From assembly GCA_965242695.1 (NCBI GenBank), contig CBDESU010000002.1, positions 960,001 to 1,024,000 of the forward strand: a DNA stretch of 64,000 bases, given 5' to 3'. A program made the position numbers and the translations under genes. This DNA is from Cenarchaeum sp. (lineage in GTDB: Archaea > Thermoproteota > Nitrososphaeria > Nitrososphaerales > Nitrosopumilaceae). Under the pieces are notes generated by a model that was not told where the DNA came from, made no database searches, and was given only the letters and a program-made list of their open reading frames with translations. Shown here piece after piece: positions 1 to 9,160 of the stretch (positions are counted from its first letter, which is position 1; every line of letters begins with the position of its first letter).

Positions 1-1
1 C

Positions 2-334
2 CTGTCCGCAAAGCGGGATGCCCTGAGCGGGGAGGGCGCCCTCACCCCACAACGGGAAAAGTTCTACCAGTGGGCGTTTGAAAGGTACTCTGTGCCCAAC
101 AGTACCGAGTCGATCGATCGGCGGCTGGTAGAGATTGTGGGCGATGCCGGCCCGCGCCAAGTGGAGCTGCTGGTGGGACGGGTAAACTCGGACGTCGACG
201 CCGGCTTTGTTCCCGAGGGGGCGGACACTGCGGACGGGGAATTTTGGAGCAAGGTGAGGCTTTCCGCGCACTGCGACGCGACGCCGGGCTGCGACCTAGA
301 TGTCGAGGCCATGGTCGACAGATCCCCGCCGTGA
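2..334 (+). CDS. Hypothetical protein, C-terminal part (runs off the window start)
   Basis: Frame of ORF 92..334 is open back to position 2; natural-looking composition; TGA at 332-334. Confidence 0.5.
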   Translation: MSAKRDALSGEGALTPQREKFYQWAFERYSVPNSTESIDRRLVEIVGDAGPRQVELLVGRVNSDVDAGFVPEGADTADGEFWSKVRLSAHCDATPGCDLDVEAMVDRSPP

Positions 335-407
335 CCTGCGGGGCGGGCGGCTCGATCTATGACGACTACGGCGGCGGCCGGCCGGGAGGATATCCGGACG
401 CCCAGCC

Positions 408-1292
408 CTAGCTCCCTGCCACATTCTCTGCGTCCTCTTTCTGCCCCGCCATGCCGCCATCCTCCGCCCGCCCTCCGGCCCAGCCGCAGCCGTCCTGCCC
501 ACCAAGCCGCTCCATGGCCCGGCCGTACTTTTCAAAATAGCGGTCGGGATCCGCCTCCGTCTCGCCCTGCGGGCCGACCCCATACTCTTCGAGCTTCTGC
601 ATGACCGTGCCGTATTCTGCGGCCAGCTCGCCCGCGCGCCGGCTGTCGTTGGCCGCGCCCATCTCCAGCGCTATCTCTGCGGACTCGACGAGCAGGGCGT
701 TTCGGGCGCATTCGTACGCGTTTTCCGGCGTAATAAAGTCGATTGCCATTGCGACGTAGGCATCCCTCTGCTCCCGGCCCATGCTCTGGTATTCGTCGCC
801 CTGCTTGAGCAGCTCTACGTACGCGCCCCCGCCTGCCACATCGATATCGCAGGCGCAGCCGTCCTCGCCGGACGGGCCGGGCGGCTCTGTGTCCGTACCT
901 ACTGCTGCGGGACTCACCTTGCCCCGCCACGGGGGATCTTCGACGATGTGGCGGATTGGAACATGGCATGTCTGGCCTGAATACGATGTGCCTAAAACAT
1001 TCCAGCATGACAGCCCCGACACGCCGTTGCATTCTCTAGCACTGACATTCCAAAGTCCCCCCTTGCCCCTGCACCATTCGTCTATGCCAACAGAAACGCA
1101 GTTTTGCGGTTGTTGGAATGGCACCATGTCACAAAACGTGACTAGCCGCTCTGACGTCACATAGTAATGCTCGTTGTTTCCCCATGTCTTGTACAAATAC
1201 ACATGTGCCACAAAAATCGACGCTATGATTGCGACTGTTACCGCGATCCCGACTTTTTTTCTAAAAAGAAAATGGGAGTTAGAAGTTGACAT
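408..1292 (-). CDS. Membrane-anchored hypothetical protein with Cys-rich N-terminal ectodomain
   Basis: ATG at 1292 overlaps the end of the upstream gene; N-terminal TM (VGIAVTVAIIASIFVAHVYLY); 6 Cys in the low-GC N-terminal half, then a GC-rich C-terminal half. Confidence 0.65.
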   Translation of the reverse strand: MSTSNSHFLFRKKVGIAVTVAIIASIFVAHVYLYKTWGNNEHYYVTSERLVTFCDMVPFQQPQNCVSVGIDEWCRGKGGLWNVSARECNGVSGLSCWNVLGTSYSGQTCHVPIRHIVEDPPWRGKVSPAAVGTDTEPPGPSGEDGCACDIDVAGGGAYVELLKQGDEYQSMGREQRDAYVAMAIDFITPENAYECARNALLVESAEIALEMGAANDSRRAGELAAEYGTVMQKLEEYGVGPQGETEADPDRYFEKYGRAMERLGGQDGCGWAGGRAEDGGMAGQKEDAENVAGS

Positions 1293-2151
1293 GCCACCAC
1301 GCAACGTACGCACCCCACCAATATGCTGGCCAGCCATATGCTAGAATTTCTGGATTCGGCTCGGGACTTTGTGTGTTGTGCCTCCAATAACTTCCGGTTT
1401 GGAAGACTACCTCCTGGCTTCTCATTTCACCGCTATCGCAATGGTACGCAGTTGTAGTTTTTGCAAAGTCGTTCCCATAGTTTCCTGATGCGTACAGCGG
1501 AACCTGGTGGTAACCGTTGTTTATCAAGTATCTTTCTGCAGCAAATTCAGTAGCGAACCATCGCTTTGGGATCACCTCGGGAACTGGATGAGGGTGTTGA
1601 AAACCACCATTACATGCTATGGCAGATGACCCTGATCCGTGTCTTACTTCCTGTAGCCCGTCTGCTAATATTTTCTGCACGAAAATTGGCGATACGGTCG
1701 TATATTCGTACAGTACCGGCATGATGTCGTTTACGCGTCCTGTTGATCCGGCACCAATGCCAAACAAGGCGCTGAATTTTCCCCCCTCAAGTTCTTGCAC
1801 CGCCCTCTTGAGCTCAAGATTATCCGCCTCCAGTTCATTTGTTTGGGCCACATGGCCAAATGTTGCGCTTATAATGTCATTGTTATGAACGGCAAACTCT
1901 AACGCTATCTCCATGTCTAGATCCGACACGGAACTGTCCCTCATAGCGTTGACGGTGTCGAATGAAATGCTTTTGTTCTTGTTATATACGACATACTCTT
2001 CCATGACCGCAAAGGAGTGTTCGATGTCGTCAAGCGCGTACGGTACGTGCGCCTCGGAGTGGCTGCCTTGTGCATGCGCGATGCTGATCCCATGAGGGAT
2101 CAGCAACGCAGTCACAATCGCTGCAAGCAACATGTCCGTTTTCTTGTTCAT
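1279..2151 (-). CDS. Secreted precursor protein with Trp-rich C-terminal domain (paralog of 6654..7553)
   Basis: Signal peptide ending AHA-Q; TTATATAA box at 2173-2180; shares HSFAVME, GYHQVP.YA and EPNPE.L.Y.WP..WWGAY..WWH with 6654..7553. Confidence 0.8.
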   Translation of the reverse strand: MNKKTDMLLAAIVTALLIPHGISIAHAQGSHSEAHVPYALDDIEHSFAVMEEYVVYNKNKSISFDTVNAMRDSSVSDLDMEIALEFAVHNNDIISATFGHVAQTNELEADNLELKRAVQELEGGKFSALFGIGAGSTGRVNDIMPVLYEYTTVSPIFVQKILADGLQEVRHGSGSSAIACNGGFQHPHPVPEVIPKRWFATEFAAERYLINNGYHQVPLYASGNYGNDFAKTTTAYHCDSGEMRSQEVVFQTGSYWRHNTQSPEPNPEILAYGWPAYWWGAYVAWWHVNF

Positions 2152-2172
2152 TGCAGGCGCCACGCCCCCTCA

Positions 2173-2180
2173 TTATATAA
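2173..2180 (-). promoter_or_regulatory. Archaeal TATA box of 1279..2151
   Basis: TTATATAA about 22-29 nt upstream of the ATG. Confidence 0.6.
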
Positions 2181-2665
2181 GCAAGCCCTGCCAAATTTGG
2201 AGTGCCTAGCGTAGATTCTGAACCCGTGCACCAGAGTGCCTCCGCACACTCTGTCATGAATGCCAAATTTGACGCCTAGTAATGTGATCGCAGTGAACCG
2301 ATTCTGCCGCCTGACGCCTAGGTCGGGCCAAATCGGGCCGGATGATGCCTATTGGCTCATTTTTTTGGCTCAGTAGGCAGTAGGGGCGCGCTTAGCAAGC
2401 GAAGATCAAGGGCGGTGGCGCGGCGATGCGGACGGTTCCGCTTCGCGCGGAGAGGCCTGGCACGGGCGCCATGCCGCGTTGCAAGCCTGGCGGCAGGGGT
2501 GGATGCGAGGACTCTGATAACCTAGTGCCGGCGGCACTTGATCGTGTGCAGCACGGCACAGCCGGATTCTGGGAGGCGGCCGGCAAGGGCAGGTCCCGAC
2601 GGCGACCGTGGCACGTAGACACAGCTCCCATCTTTTATATTGTAGATACGGCGGCTAGGGAAAAG

Positions 2666-3127
2666 ATGAGAACGACTGCCGTCATACTAACCTTGCTGCT
2701 AGCCGCATCTGCATCGGCCAACGCGATTTTCATCCTCTCTGACTACCTCGGAGATTCCGAGCAGGGTGATTATACATCTGCCCCTGTCTATGATGCCATG
2801 TTCCGCGGCATGCCTATGGGTGTCCAAGACAGACCCGCAGGAGGCGAGACGGTCACGTTTCAGATTCTCAAGGTCATAGATCAACATCCTGCTGTCAAGG
2901 GGTTGGATCTCGACAACCGCGACTTGATCGACGTGGTTTCCGACGACCGCCACCCGCATTGCTTTCTTGACTTTGAGCTGGGCACGACTTACACCGTGTA
3001 TTCCCGGCTTGAGGGCGGGCTTCTCGTGACAGACGCATGCTGGGGAACGCACCCCTACCGCAATATGGGATCAACTACTAGAGATCACTCGATATACCCG
3101 CTACCCTGGGATGCGCCCCTGCCTTGA
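2666..3127 (+). CDS. Secreted hypothetical protein, possible TIMP/NTR-like OB-fold
   Basis: Signal peptide MRTTAVILTLLLAASASA; motif C.LDFELGTTYTVY....G.L.TDACWGT resembles prokaryotic TIMP-like domains. Confidence 0.55.
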   Translation: MRTTAVILTLLLAASASANAIFILSDYLGDSEQGDYTSAPVYDAMFRGMPMGVQDRPAGGETVTFQILKVIDQHPAVKGLDLDNRDLIDVVSDDRHPHCFLDFELGTTYTVYSRLEGGLLVTDACWGTHPYRNMGSTTRDHSIYPLPWDAPLP

Positions 3128-3500
3128 ATGTGGCGATGCACTAGCCGCGCCCCGCCGGTCAGGCATGCCTTGGGGCTGCCACCCATGGCCACGCCGAAGA
3201 ATTTTTGCGATGCGGGGCTGCGCGGCTCGCGGTTGACATGTCACGGTGGCCCGCAGCCGTCGGCCGCCGTCTGGGCTGCCCTTTCAGGCCTTGACGGGGC
3301 GAGCAGGACTCCACTGGCCCTGCGCGACTATGGCCCGCCCCTCGTGCCCCTACCGGCAGCTAGGCGCCCCGCCCCTCCGCGATCTTTCTCGAGCCGGACC
3401 GCACCACGCCGACAGGGTGCATTCTCCACGGCATCTGCCCTTGCTACGAGCATGCCTGCAAGTGCCAACAGCGGGCCCGCACGCCGTCCAATCCCCGCCA

Positions 3501-4844
3501 ATGATTTTATTGCCCGCCCAATGGGCGCGGGGCGTGCAGTTCAGGCTCAAGATCGTCGCCATGGTGGGCGTCCAGGTCACCATGATCATAGCGAGCTTTG
3601 TCATTATAGTGCACTTTGAGTCTCAAACCGCGATGGCCGGCAACGTGGTCAACGTGGCGGGCAAGAACAGGGCCTTGACGATCACGGTGCAGGCCGAAAT
3701 TCACAAGGCGCTGCTGTACGAGGGCGGCGGCCCGGGCGGCGGCAGCTACGGCGGAGTCGCGGCGGCGCTCGACGACTTGGAGGACAACATACTGTTCCTG
3801 AGGAATGGCGGCTCGAGGGACGGCATCTCGATTGCCCCCCTGGCGGACAGGTTCGGGGCCGACTGGGCCGCACTGCATGACAAGTTCGCGGAATACCGCG
3901 ACACGGTCGCATCCCTCGACCCGTCCGGCGCCGAGCCGGCGGGCCTCGTGATCGGCGGCTTGGACGAGACGAGCGCCGAGCTGGTGGCGCTGTCCGACGC
4001 GCTTACGGGCAAGCTGGGGAGGGACGTCGACGATCTGTCCATGAACCTGGTGAGGCTGCAGACCGCGCTCGGACTTGGCAACGTCGTCCTGCACCTGCTG
4101 ATGATCGCGTTCATCCTTAGGACGTTCAGCCGCCACGCAGATCAGATGGTGAGGGCCGGGAGGCTGGCAGCCGTGGGCGAGCTGGCATCCACCGTGGCCC
4201 ACGACATGAAGAACCCCCTCGGGACGATCGCAAACGCGGCCGCCGCCGTCAGGAAAAACGCGGGCGGGGGCGGAAAGGGATCCACGGCGACGGTGGGGGC
4301 GGCCCTGGACCTGATAGACCGCTCCGTGATGCGCATGTCGCACCAGATCGACGGCGTGCTCAGCCACGCCCGTGCGGTTCCCCTGGCAGTGGAGGCCGCG
4401 TCCGTCCGCGGCATGCTGGAAGGCGCGCTGTACTCGCTTCAGGTGCCCGGCAACGTGTCGGTGTCCCTGCCGGACGGCGATGCCAGCATAGCCTGCGACA
4501 GCGCCAAGATGGAGTTTGTCTTTTCCAACATCCTGCTCAACGCCATCCAGGCGATGGGCGAGGGCGGGGGGAGCATAGGGGTGCGGCTGGAGCCTGGCGG
4601 GGACGGCGGGATCGCCCTGCACTTCGCCAACTCGGGGCCGCCCATACGGGAGGCGGACATAGGCATGGTGTTCGAGCCCCTCTTCACGACGAAGATGCGG
4701 GGGACCGGCCTGGGCCTGACCAGCTGCAGAAATATAGTGGGGCAGCACGGCGGGAGCATGAGCGCCCGCAACGGCCCGGTCACGTTCACGGTGAGGCTCC
4801 CCGGCGGGAAGCGGGACGGCGGCAACGGCGGGGATGGCGAATGA
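3501..4844 (+). CDS. Membrane sensor histidine kinase with NarX/PilJ-like extracellular domain
   Basis: Two TM segments; VVNVAGKNRAL P-box-like motif; H-box AHDMKNPL; N-box NILLNAIQA; G-boxes NSGPPI, FEPLFTTK, GTGLGL. Confidence 0.92.
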   Translation: MILLPAQWARGVQFRLKIVAMVGVQVTMIIASFVIIVHFESQTAMAGNVVNVAGKNRALTITVQAEIHKALLYEGGGPGGGSYGGVAAALDDLEDNILFLRNGGSRDGISIAPLADRFGADWAALHDKFAEYRDTVASLDPSGAEPAGLVIGGLDETSAELVALSDALTGKLGRDVDDLSMNLVRLQTALGLGNVVLHLLMIAFILRTFSRHADQMVRAGRLAAVGELASTVAHDMKNPLGTIANAAAAVRKNAGGGGKGSTATVGAALDLIDRSVMRMSHQIDGVLSHARAVPLAVEAASVRGMLEGALYSLQVPGNVSVSLPDGDASIACDSAKMEFVFSNILLNAIQAMGEGGGSIGVRLEPGGDGGIALHFANSGPPIREADIGMVFEPLFTTKMRGTGLGLTSCRNIVGQHGGSMSARNGPVTFTVRLPGGKRDGGNGGDGE

Positions 4845-5209
4845 CGGACCCCAAGAAGATACTGGTGGTCGACGACGACCAGGACTTTCGGGAGTCCATC
4901 CAGATGATCCTGATCGAGGAGGGACACGAGACGCTGGCGGCCGCGGACGGAGTGGAGGCGGTGCGCCTGTACGAAGAGGCCAAGCCGGATCTCGTGCTGC
5001 TCGACCACCGGATGCCGGGCATAGACGGCCACGAGACCCTTACCCGGATCATCAAGGTCGATCCCGATGCGAGGGTGATCATCACCTCCGCCTACGCCAT
5101 CGACGAGAACGCGCGCCGCGCCGCGGAGGACAAATCCCTCAGGTCGCTGCTAGGCAAGCCCATCGCCCTGGAGGACCTGAGGGACGCGATCGAGCGCCAC
5201 GCCAGATGA
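4841..5209 (+). CDS. Single-domain response regulator (CheY-like receiver)
   Basis: ILVVDDD, LLDHRMPGIDG, IITSA, KP motifs; ATGA overlap with the kinase. Confidence 0.95.
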   Translation: MTDPKKILVVDDDQDFRESIQMILIEEGHETLAAADGVEAVRLYEEAKPDLVLLDHRMPGIDGHETLTRIIKVDPDARVIITSAYAIDENARRAAEDKSLRSLLGKPIALEDLRDAIERHAR

Positions 5210-6061
5210 CGTTCCCCGCAGGGCGTCGAGGCTCCCCGAAACGGCGCGCAGCCCGCCCTTGTAGTGGGACACGGCCTCTGCCAGGAACTTCCCGTACCAC
5301 TCCGACAGCTCCCCGTCCGAGCGCATCGCGTCCAGCACACTGCGCCGCCTGTCGCCTGCGTCCCGCGCGCCCTCTGGCGTGCGACACAGCAGGAACGTGT
5401 AGTACCAGTACGACAGCTGCTCAGCCAGCTCGGACTCGGAGATCGACTCGTACCACCTGTGGTACCTTGCGCCCAGGAACAGCATTATTTCGTGCAGGGG
5501 GGCGCTGTCGCCGCCGCCCTGCCCGTCGAGCAGTATTCCCTTGGCGAGGACCTTTAGGGGGGTGTATGCGCTATCGCCCAGTGCCCCCTTGAGGGTGTCC
5601 ATTCTCCCGAACACGCGAGGGACGATGCCGGCGTACGCCGCCGCCACGCGATCCATCTCGCCGCCCGACGGGGACATTACGTCCATGCAGTACAGCATGC
5701 CGTGGATCGAGAGGCGGTACCTGCTGTGCCCCTCGTCGCCCTCTCTTACTACCAGGCCCGTGTCGAGCATCCCGCCGGTGTGCCTTCTTGCGTCGTGCCT
5801 CCCTGCGAACAGCCGGCGGTATTCTTTTTCCTTGGCCCTGACCTGCGTCATGCCCTTGCTTCGGAGCGTAATCTTGGCCGCTTCCCATGTGGTGCAGGCG
5901 CCGTTTACAAACAGGGCATGCAGTATGTCATGCATACTCTGCTGGTGTATTGTCCTGGGACCCGCATAGCCCCCGTACAGCCGGTGCGCTGCCGGCCGCG
6001 TGCAGTGCTTGTACGACGACAGGTTGCCGTATATGGCGCCAGTGCCTGGTGGATCGGACAC
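5150..6061 (-). CDS. Conserved thaumarchaeal-type hypothetical protein, possible wHTH
   Basis: Long ORF with genome-typical codon usage; LFVNGACTTWE..K and YRLSIHGMLYC segments are wHTH-like. Confidence 0.65.
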   Translation of the reverse strand: MSDPPGTGAIYGNLSSYKHCTRPAAHRLYGGYAGPRTIHQQSMHDILHALFVNGACTTWEAAKITLRSKGMTQVRAKEKEYRRLFAGRHDARRHTGGMLDTGLVVREGDEGHSRYRLSIHGMLYCMDVMSPSGGEMDRVAAAYAGIVPRVFGRMDTLKGALGDSAYTPLKVLAKGILLDGQGGGDSAPLHEIMLFLGARYHRWYESISESELAEQLSYWYYTFLLCRTPEGARDAGDRRRSVLDAMRSDGELSEWYGKFLAEAVSHYKGGLRAVSGSLDALRGTSSGVALDRVPQVLQGDGLA

Positions 6062-6401
6062 GCGTGCCGTGGCCGCCCCCGACTATATCATTGTTGTGCT
6101 AGGGGCGGCGTGCCATTCACGCCCGCCGGTAGGATTGGCCCCGTCACGCCCGCCGCGCAATATCGCGCCTCGCACTCCATGCGTCCTCCGGCCCTGACCT
6201 GGCGGGGGAGACGCCGTCCCCGCCGCCGCACACGCCTCGCACTACGCGCCGCCGCACAGCAGGCAGCGCGCCGCACTGATGCCCTCCGGATGCTGCCCCG
6301 CCGCATCGCTTGTGCGCTCGGCAGGCATCCGACGCGATCTGCGTGCGGCCCGGAATTTGACTCTAGATGCTGGCATGTTGGTGTGGCACCCCCTGTCCTG
6401 T

Positions 6402-6595
6402 CGCCTAGGCCGGCTGGCAGCCTGCCCTCCCGGCGGAACCCGCCTAGCCCTCTCGCTCTACGGGGGCCTCGCCAACGCCCCTGTCCGCCTAGGCCGGCTG
6501 GCAGCCTGCCCTCCCGGCGGAACCCGCCTAGCCCTCTCGCTCTACGGGGGCCTCGCCAACGCCCCTGTCCGCCTAGGCCGGCTGGCAGCCTGCCC
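6402..6595. repeat. 84-bp tandem repeat, about 2.3 copies
   Basis: Unit beginning GCCTAGGCCGGCTGGCAGCCTGCCC recurs at 6403, 6487, 6571. Confidence 0.9.
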
Positions 6596-6653
6596 CCTAG
6601 GCACTCCGTACCCGTGTGCGCCTGGCTATATAACACGGGGGCCTAGCGCTGCC

Positions 6654-7553
6654 ATGACAGGAAAAACAGGCATGCTGCTTGCAGCAGCTGCGATCGCCTC
6701 GCTGCTCCCCGTGGTTGCCGCCGGCGCCCATGCGCAGGCCGGGCCCGGGGGAGTGGTGCAGGCGCCCTACTCGATCGAGGACATCGCGCACTCCTTTGCC
6801 GTCATGGAGGACCACGTCGTCTATGACAGCGACAAGAACATCGCGTTCGACACCGCCGGAGCCCTACGGGATGCCTCCGTGTCCCAGAAGGACGTGGACA
6901 TCGCGCTAGACTTTGCAGCGCACAGCAACTCCATAGTGAATGCAGCCATGGGCCCCGTTGCACAGGCAAACGAGGCGGAAGGCGGCAATGCGGAGCTTGC
7001 AAGGGCGGTGCAAAGTCTAGAGGAGGGCAGGTTCCGGCTCCTCTTCGCCGATGATGCGGGCCCCGTGACCGTCAATAACGCGCTGCCGGGGCTCGCGCAG
7101 CCGGCGATGCTCTTGTCGCCGCATGAGGCGCCGTGGGTGGACACGCATGCGCCAAGGCGCGGCGGGCAAAACCCCCTTACCGTGTGCGGTGGAGGGGGCA
7201 TGTCCAACCCGCACCCTTGGGGGACGCCAGCCTCGTACCCGCCGGAAACTGAGCGAGCATTTCCCAGCATACGCGACGGGCTGTCCTGGGTGAGGGGGCA
7301 GGGATACCACCAAGTGCCGTTCTATGCGACGCACAATTTACCGTGGGACTATGCACGCGTCGACACTTCGGCGCCTGGTGGTTGCAACTCCGGGCCGTTC
7401 AGGGAGCAAGCGATACTGGTCACAACGAGTCTGCGCTTCTACACACAACACGACGAGCCGAATCCCGAGCTGTTGAGCTATGTATGGCCCCGTCTGTGGT
7501 GGGGCGCATACACGCTCTGGTGGCACGACACCAACGGCGGCACACAATCATAG
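6654..7553 (+). CDS. Secreted precursor protein with Trp-rich C-terminal domain (paralog of 1279..2151)
   Basis: TATATAA at 6627-6633; signal peptide ending AHA-Q; collinear similarity to 1279..2151. Confidence 0.8.
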   Translation: MTGKTGMLLAAAAIASLLPVVAAGAHAQAGPGGVVQAPYSIEDIAHSFAVMEDHVVYDSDKNIAFDTAGALRDASVSQKDVDIALDFAAHSNSIVNAAMGPVAQANEAEGGNAELARAVQSLEEGRFRLLFADDAGPVTVNNALPGLAQPAMLLSPHEAPWVDTHAPRRGGQNPLTVCGGGGMSNPHPWGTPASYPPETERAFPSIRDGLSWVRGQGYHQVPFYATHNLPWDYARVDTSAPGGCNSGPFREQAILVTTSLRFYTQHDEPNPELLSYVWPRLWWGAYTLWWHDTNGGTQS

Positions 7554-7563
7554 GAGCGGAGCA

Positions 7564-7956
7564 ATGACTATGAATATTTTTTTGCGGATCATACTGGGCG
7601 TGTGCATAGCAATTGCCGTCCTGCTTGTGGTCGGCGTTGTCCTCATGTACACCCTGTTCACCTACTTTCCGGAGGGCCTCGCGCCATACAGAGAGGAGTT
7701 TATGGGCCTTGACGAGGTCAAGGCCCTGTACCGCGCCTATCCCACGGCCGGGCCGGACTATGGATCTAGCTCCCGTCTAATGTACACTGCCATATCCGAA
7801 GACAGAAGCGGAAGGATAGATCTCGAAGTATTGCACAAGCCCCACAGCTTTGAGGTGATCGGGATGCGCCTTGCGTGCTGGGGGAACGGCGACACTCCCA
7901 TCTGGTCCGTGGATGAAGACATCCTGCACCACATAGAGAACAGGCGCTGCTTCTGA
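7564..7956 (+). CDS. Small membrane-anchored protein (paralog of 8221..8607)
   Basis: N-terminal TM; LDEVKAL.RAYPTA, MYTAISED.SGRIDL, GMRL.CWG.GDTP.WSV.EDILHHIE.RRCF shared with the next gene. Confidence 0.8.
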   Translation: MTMNIFLRIILGVCIAIAVLLVVGVVLMYTLFTYFPEGLAPYREEFMGLDEVKALYRAYPTAGPDYGSSSRLMYTAISEDRSGRIDLEVLHKPHSFEVIGMRLACWGNGDTPIWSVDEDILHHIENRRCF

Positions 7957-8220
7957 GCGGCGCGCGCCGGGGCGACAGCTTGATGCGCTTGCCGGGCCCG
8001 CCTCGGCCCAAGGCGGCTAATCTCGCCTGCCCACGCACGGCCCGCTCGGTAGCACGGCGCGCATCGGACTGCGTGAATACGAGGTTCTGCCCTACGCTCG
8101 GACGGCATCCGAGCCAAACGGCATATATGCCCCCGCCCGCCCGTGGCGGCATGGCGGAGAGCGCCCCCGGCCGGCATGTCGCTGGAGGCGCGAGGCCCTC
8201 GTAAGGGCAGTGCGATTGCC

Positions 8221-8607
8221 ATGGGCGCTTTTTCGATCGTTGCCGTGGGGGGCGTCATAGCGCTCGTTGTCCTGCTTGTGGCCGCCGTCGCGCTCATGTA
8301 CAGCACGCACTTTTACTTTCCGTGGGGCCACGAGCCGTACGCGGAGGGGTTTATGGATCTTGACGAGGTCAAGGCCCTGCACCGCGCCTATCCCACGGCC
8401 GAGCCGGACGTTGAGTCCGGCGGCTACGTAATGTACACTGCCATATCCGAAGACTGGAGCGGGAGGATAGATCTCGTAATACAGCACAAGCGCCACACCT
8501 TCGACGTGCTCGGGATGCGCCTTACGTGCTGGGGCGACGGCGACACTCCCGTCTGGTCCGTGGAAGAGGACATCCTGCACCACATAGAGAGCAGGCGCTG
8601 CTTCTGA
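8221..8607 (+). CDS. Small membrane-anchored protein (paralog of 7564..7956)
   Basis: Recent duplicate with nearly identical C-terminal DNA and two conserved Cys. Confidence 0.8.
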   Translation: MGAFSIVAVGGVIALVVLLVAAVALMYSTHFYFPWGHEPYAEGFMDLDEVKALHRAYPTAEPDVESGGYVMYTAISEDWSGRIDLVIQHKRHTFDVLGMRLTCWGDGDTPVWSVEEDILHHIESRRCF

Positions 8608-8845
8608 GCCGCGCACGGGGGGGGGGGGGGGGCAAGGCGAGGGGCACGCGCCGCAGGCCTATCCGGCGGCTCACACGGGCCCGCCTTGAGCCGCGCTCCT
8701 GCTGATCTGCACCGCGCACCGCCGCCGGGTGCCACGGTACCCCAAAAGCTGCGTGCCGCCGCGAGCGGGGTGTGAGATATTGGGATGCCGAAACACCCTG
8801 CTTGCTTCAACTTGTTTATATAACGCAGGAGTCCTGCTCAACGTG

Positions 8846-9160
8846 ATGGCTGCGCCGGCACCCGTCCCGCTAGCGCCGGCCGCGCCTAACGCATCCGCCG
8901 CTTTCGGCTGTCCATGCGGCGGGCGGTGTGACCGTTGCGGACGCGGGATGGGGCGCCGCCGCAGGCGCGCGGCTCCTGCACATCCTGTAGCGGCCACCGC
9001 GGGGATATTCCAACCCTCTTCGGGACCGAGCGGTGCGGCGGTGCACGGCGACACCAGGCATGCGGGCGGCGGCGGGAGCCTGCGCATCCCCGTAGACGAT
9101 CACGGGCCGCCGCCGCCTTTTTGCTCACAGGCCATTAGCACGCCCGGTGATCTCCGGTGA
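8846..9160 (+). CDS. Doubtful small ORF (CxC..CxxC, Arg-rich)
   Basis: TTTATATAA at 8815-8823 upstream; GTGA overlap with 9157..9717; composition is low-complexity. Confidence 0.3.
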   Translation: MAAPAPVPLAPAAPNASAAFGCPCGGRCDRCGRGMGRRRRRAAPAHPVAATAGIFQPSSGPSGAAVHGDTRHAGGGGSLRIPVDDHGPPPPFCSQAISTPGDLR

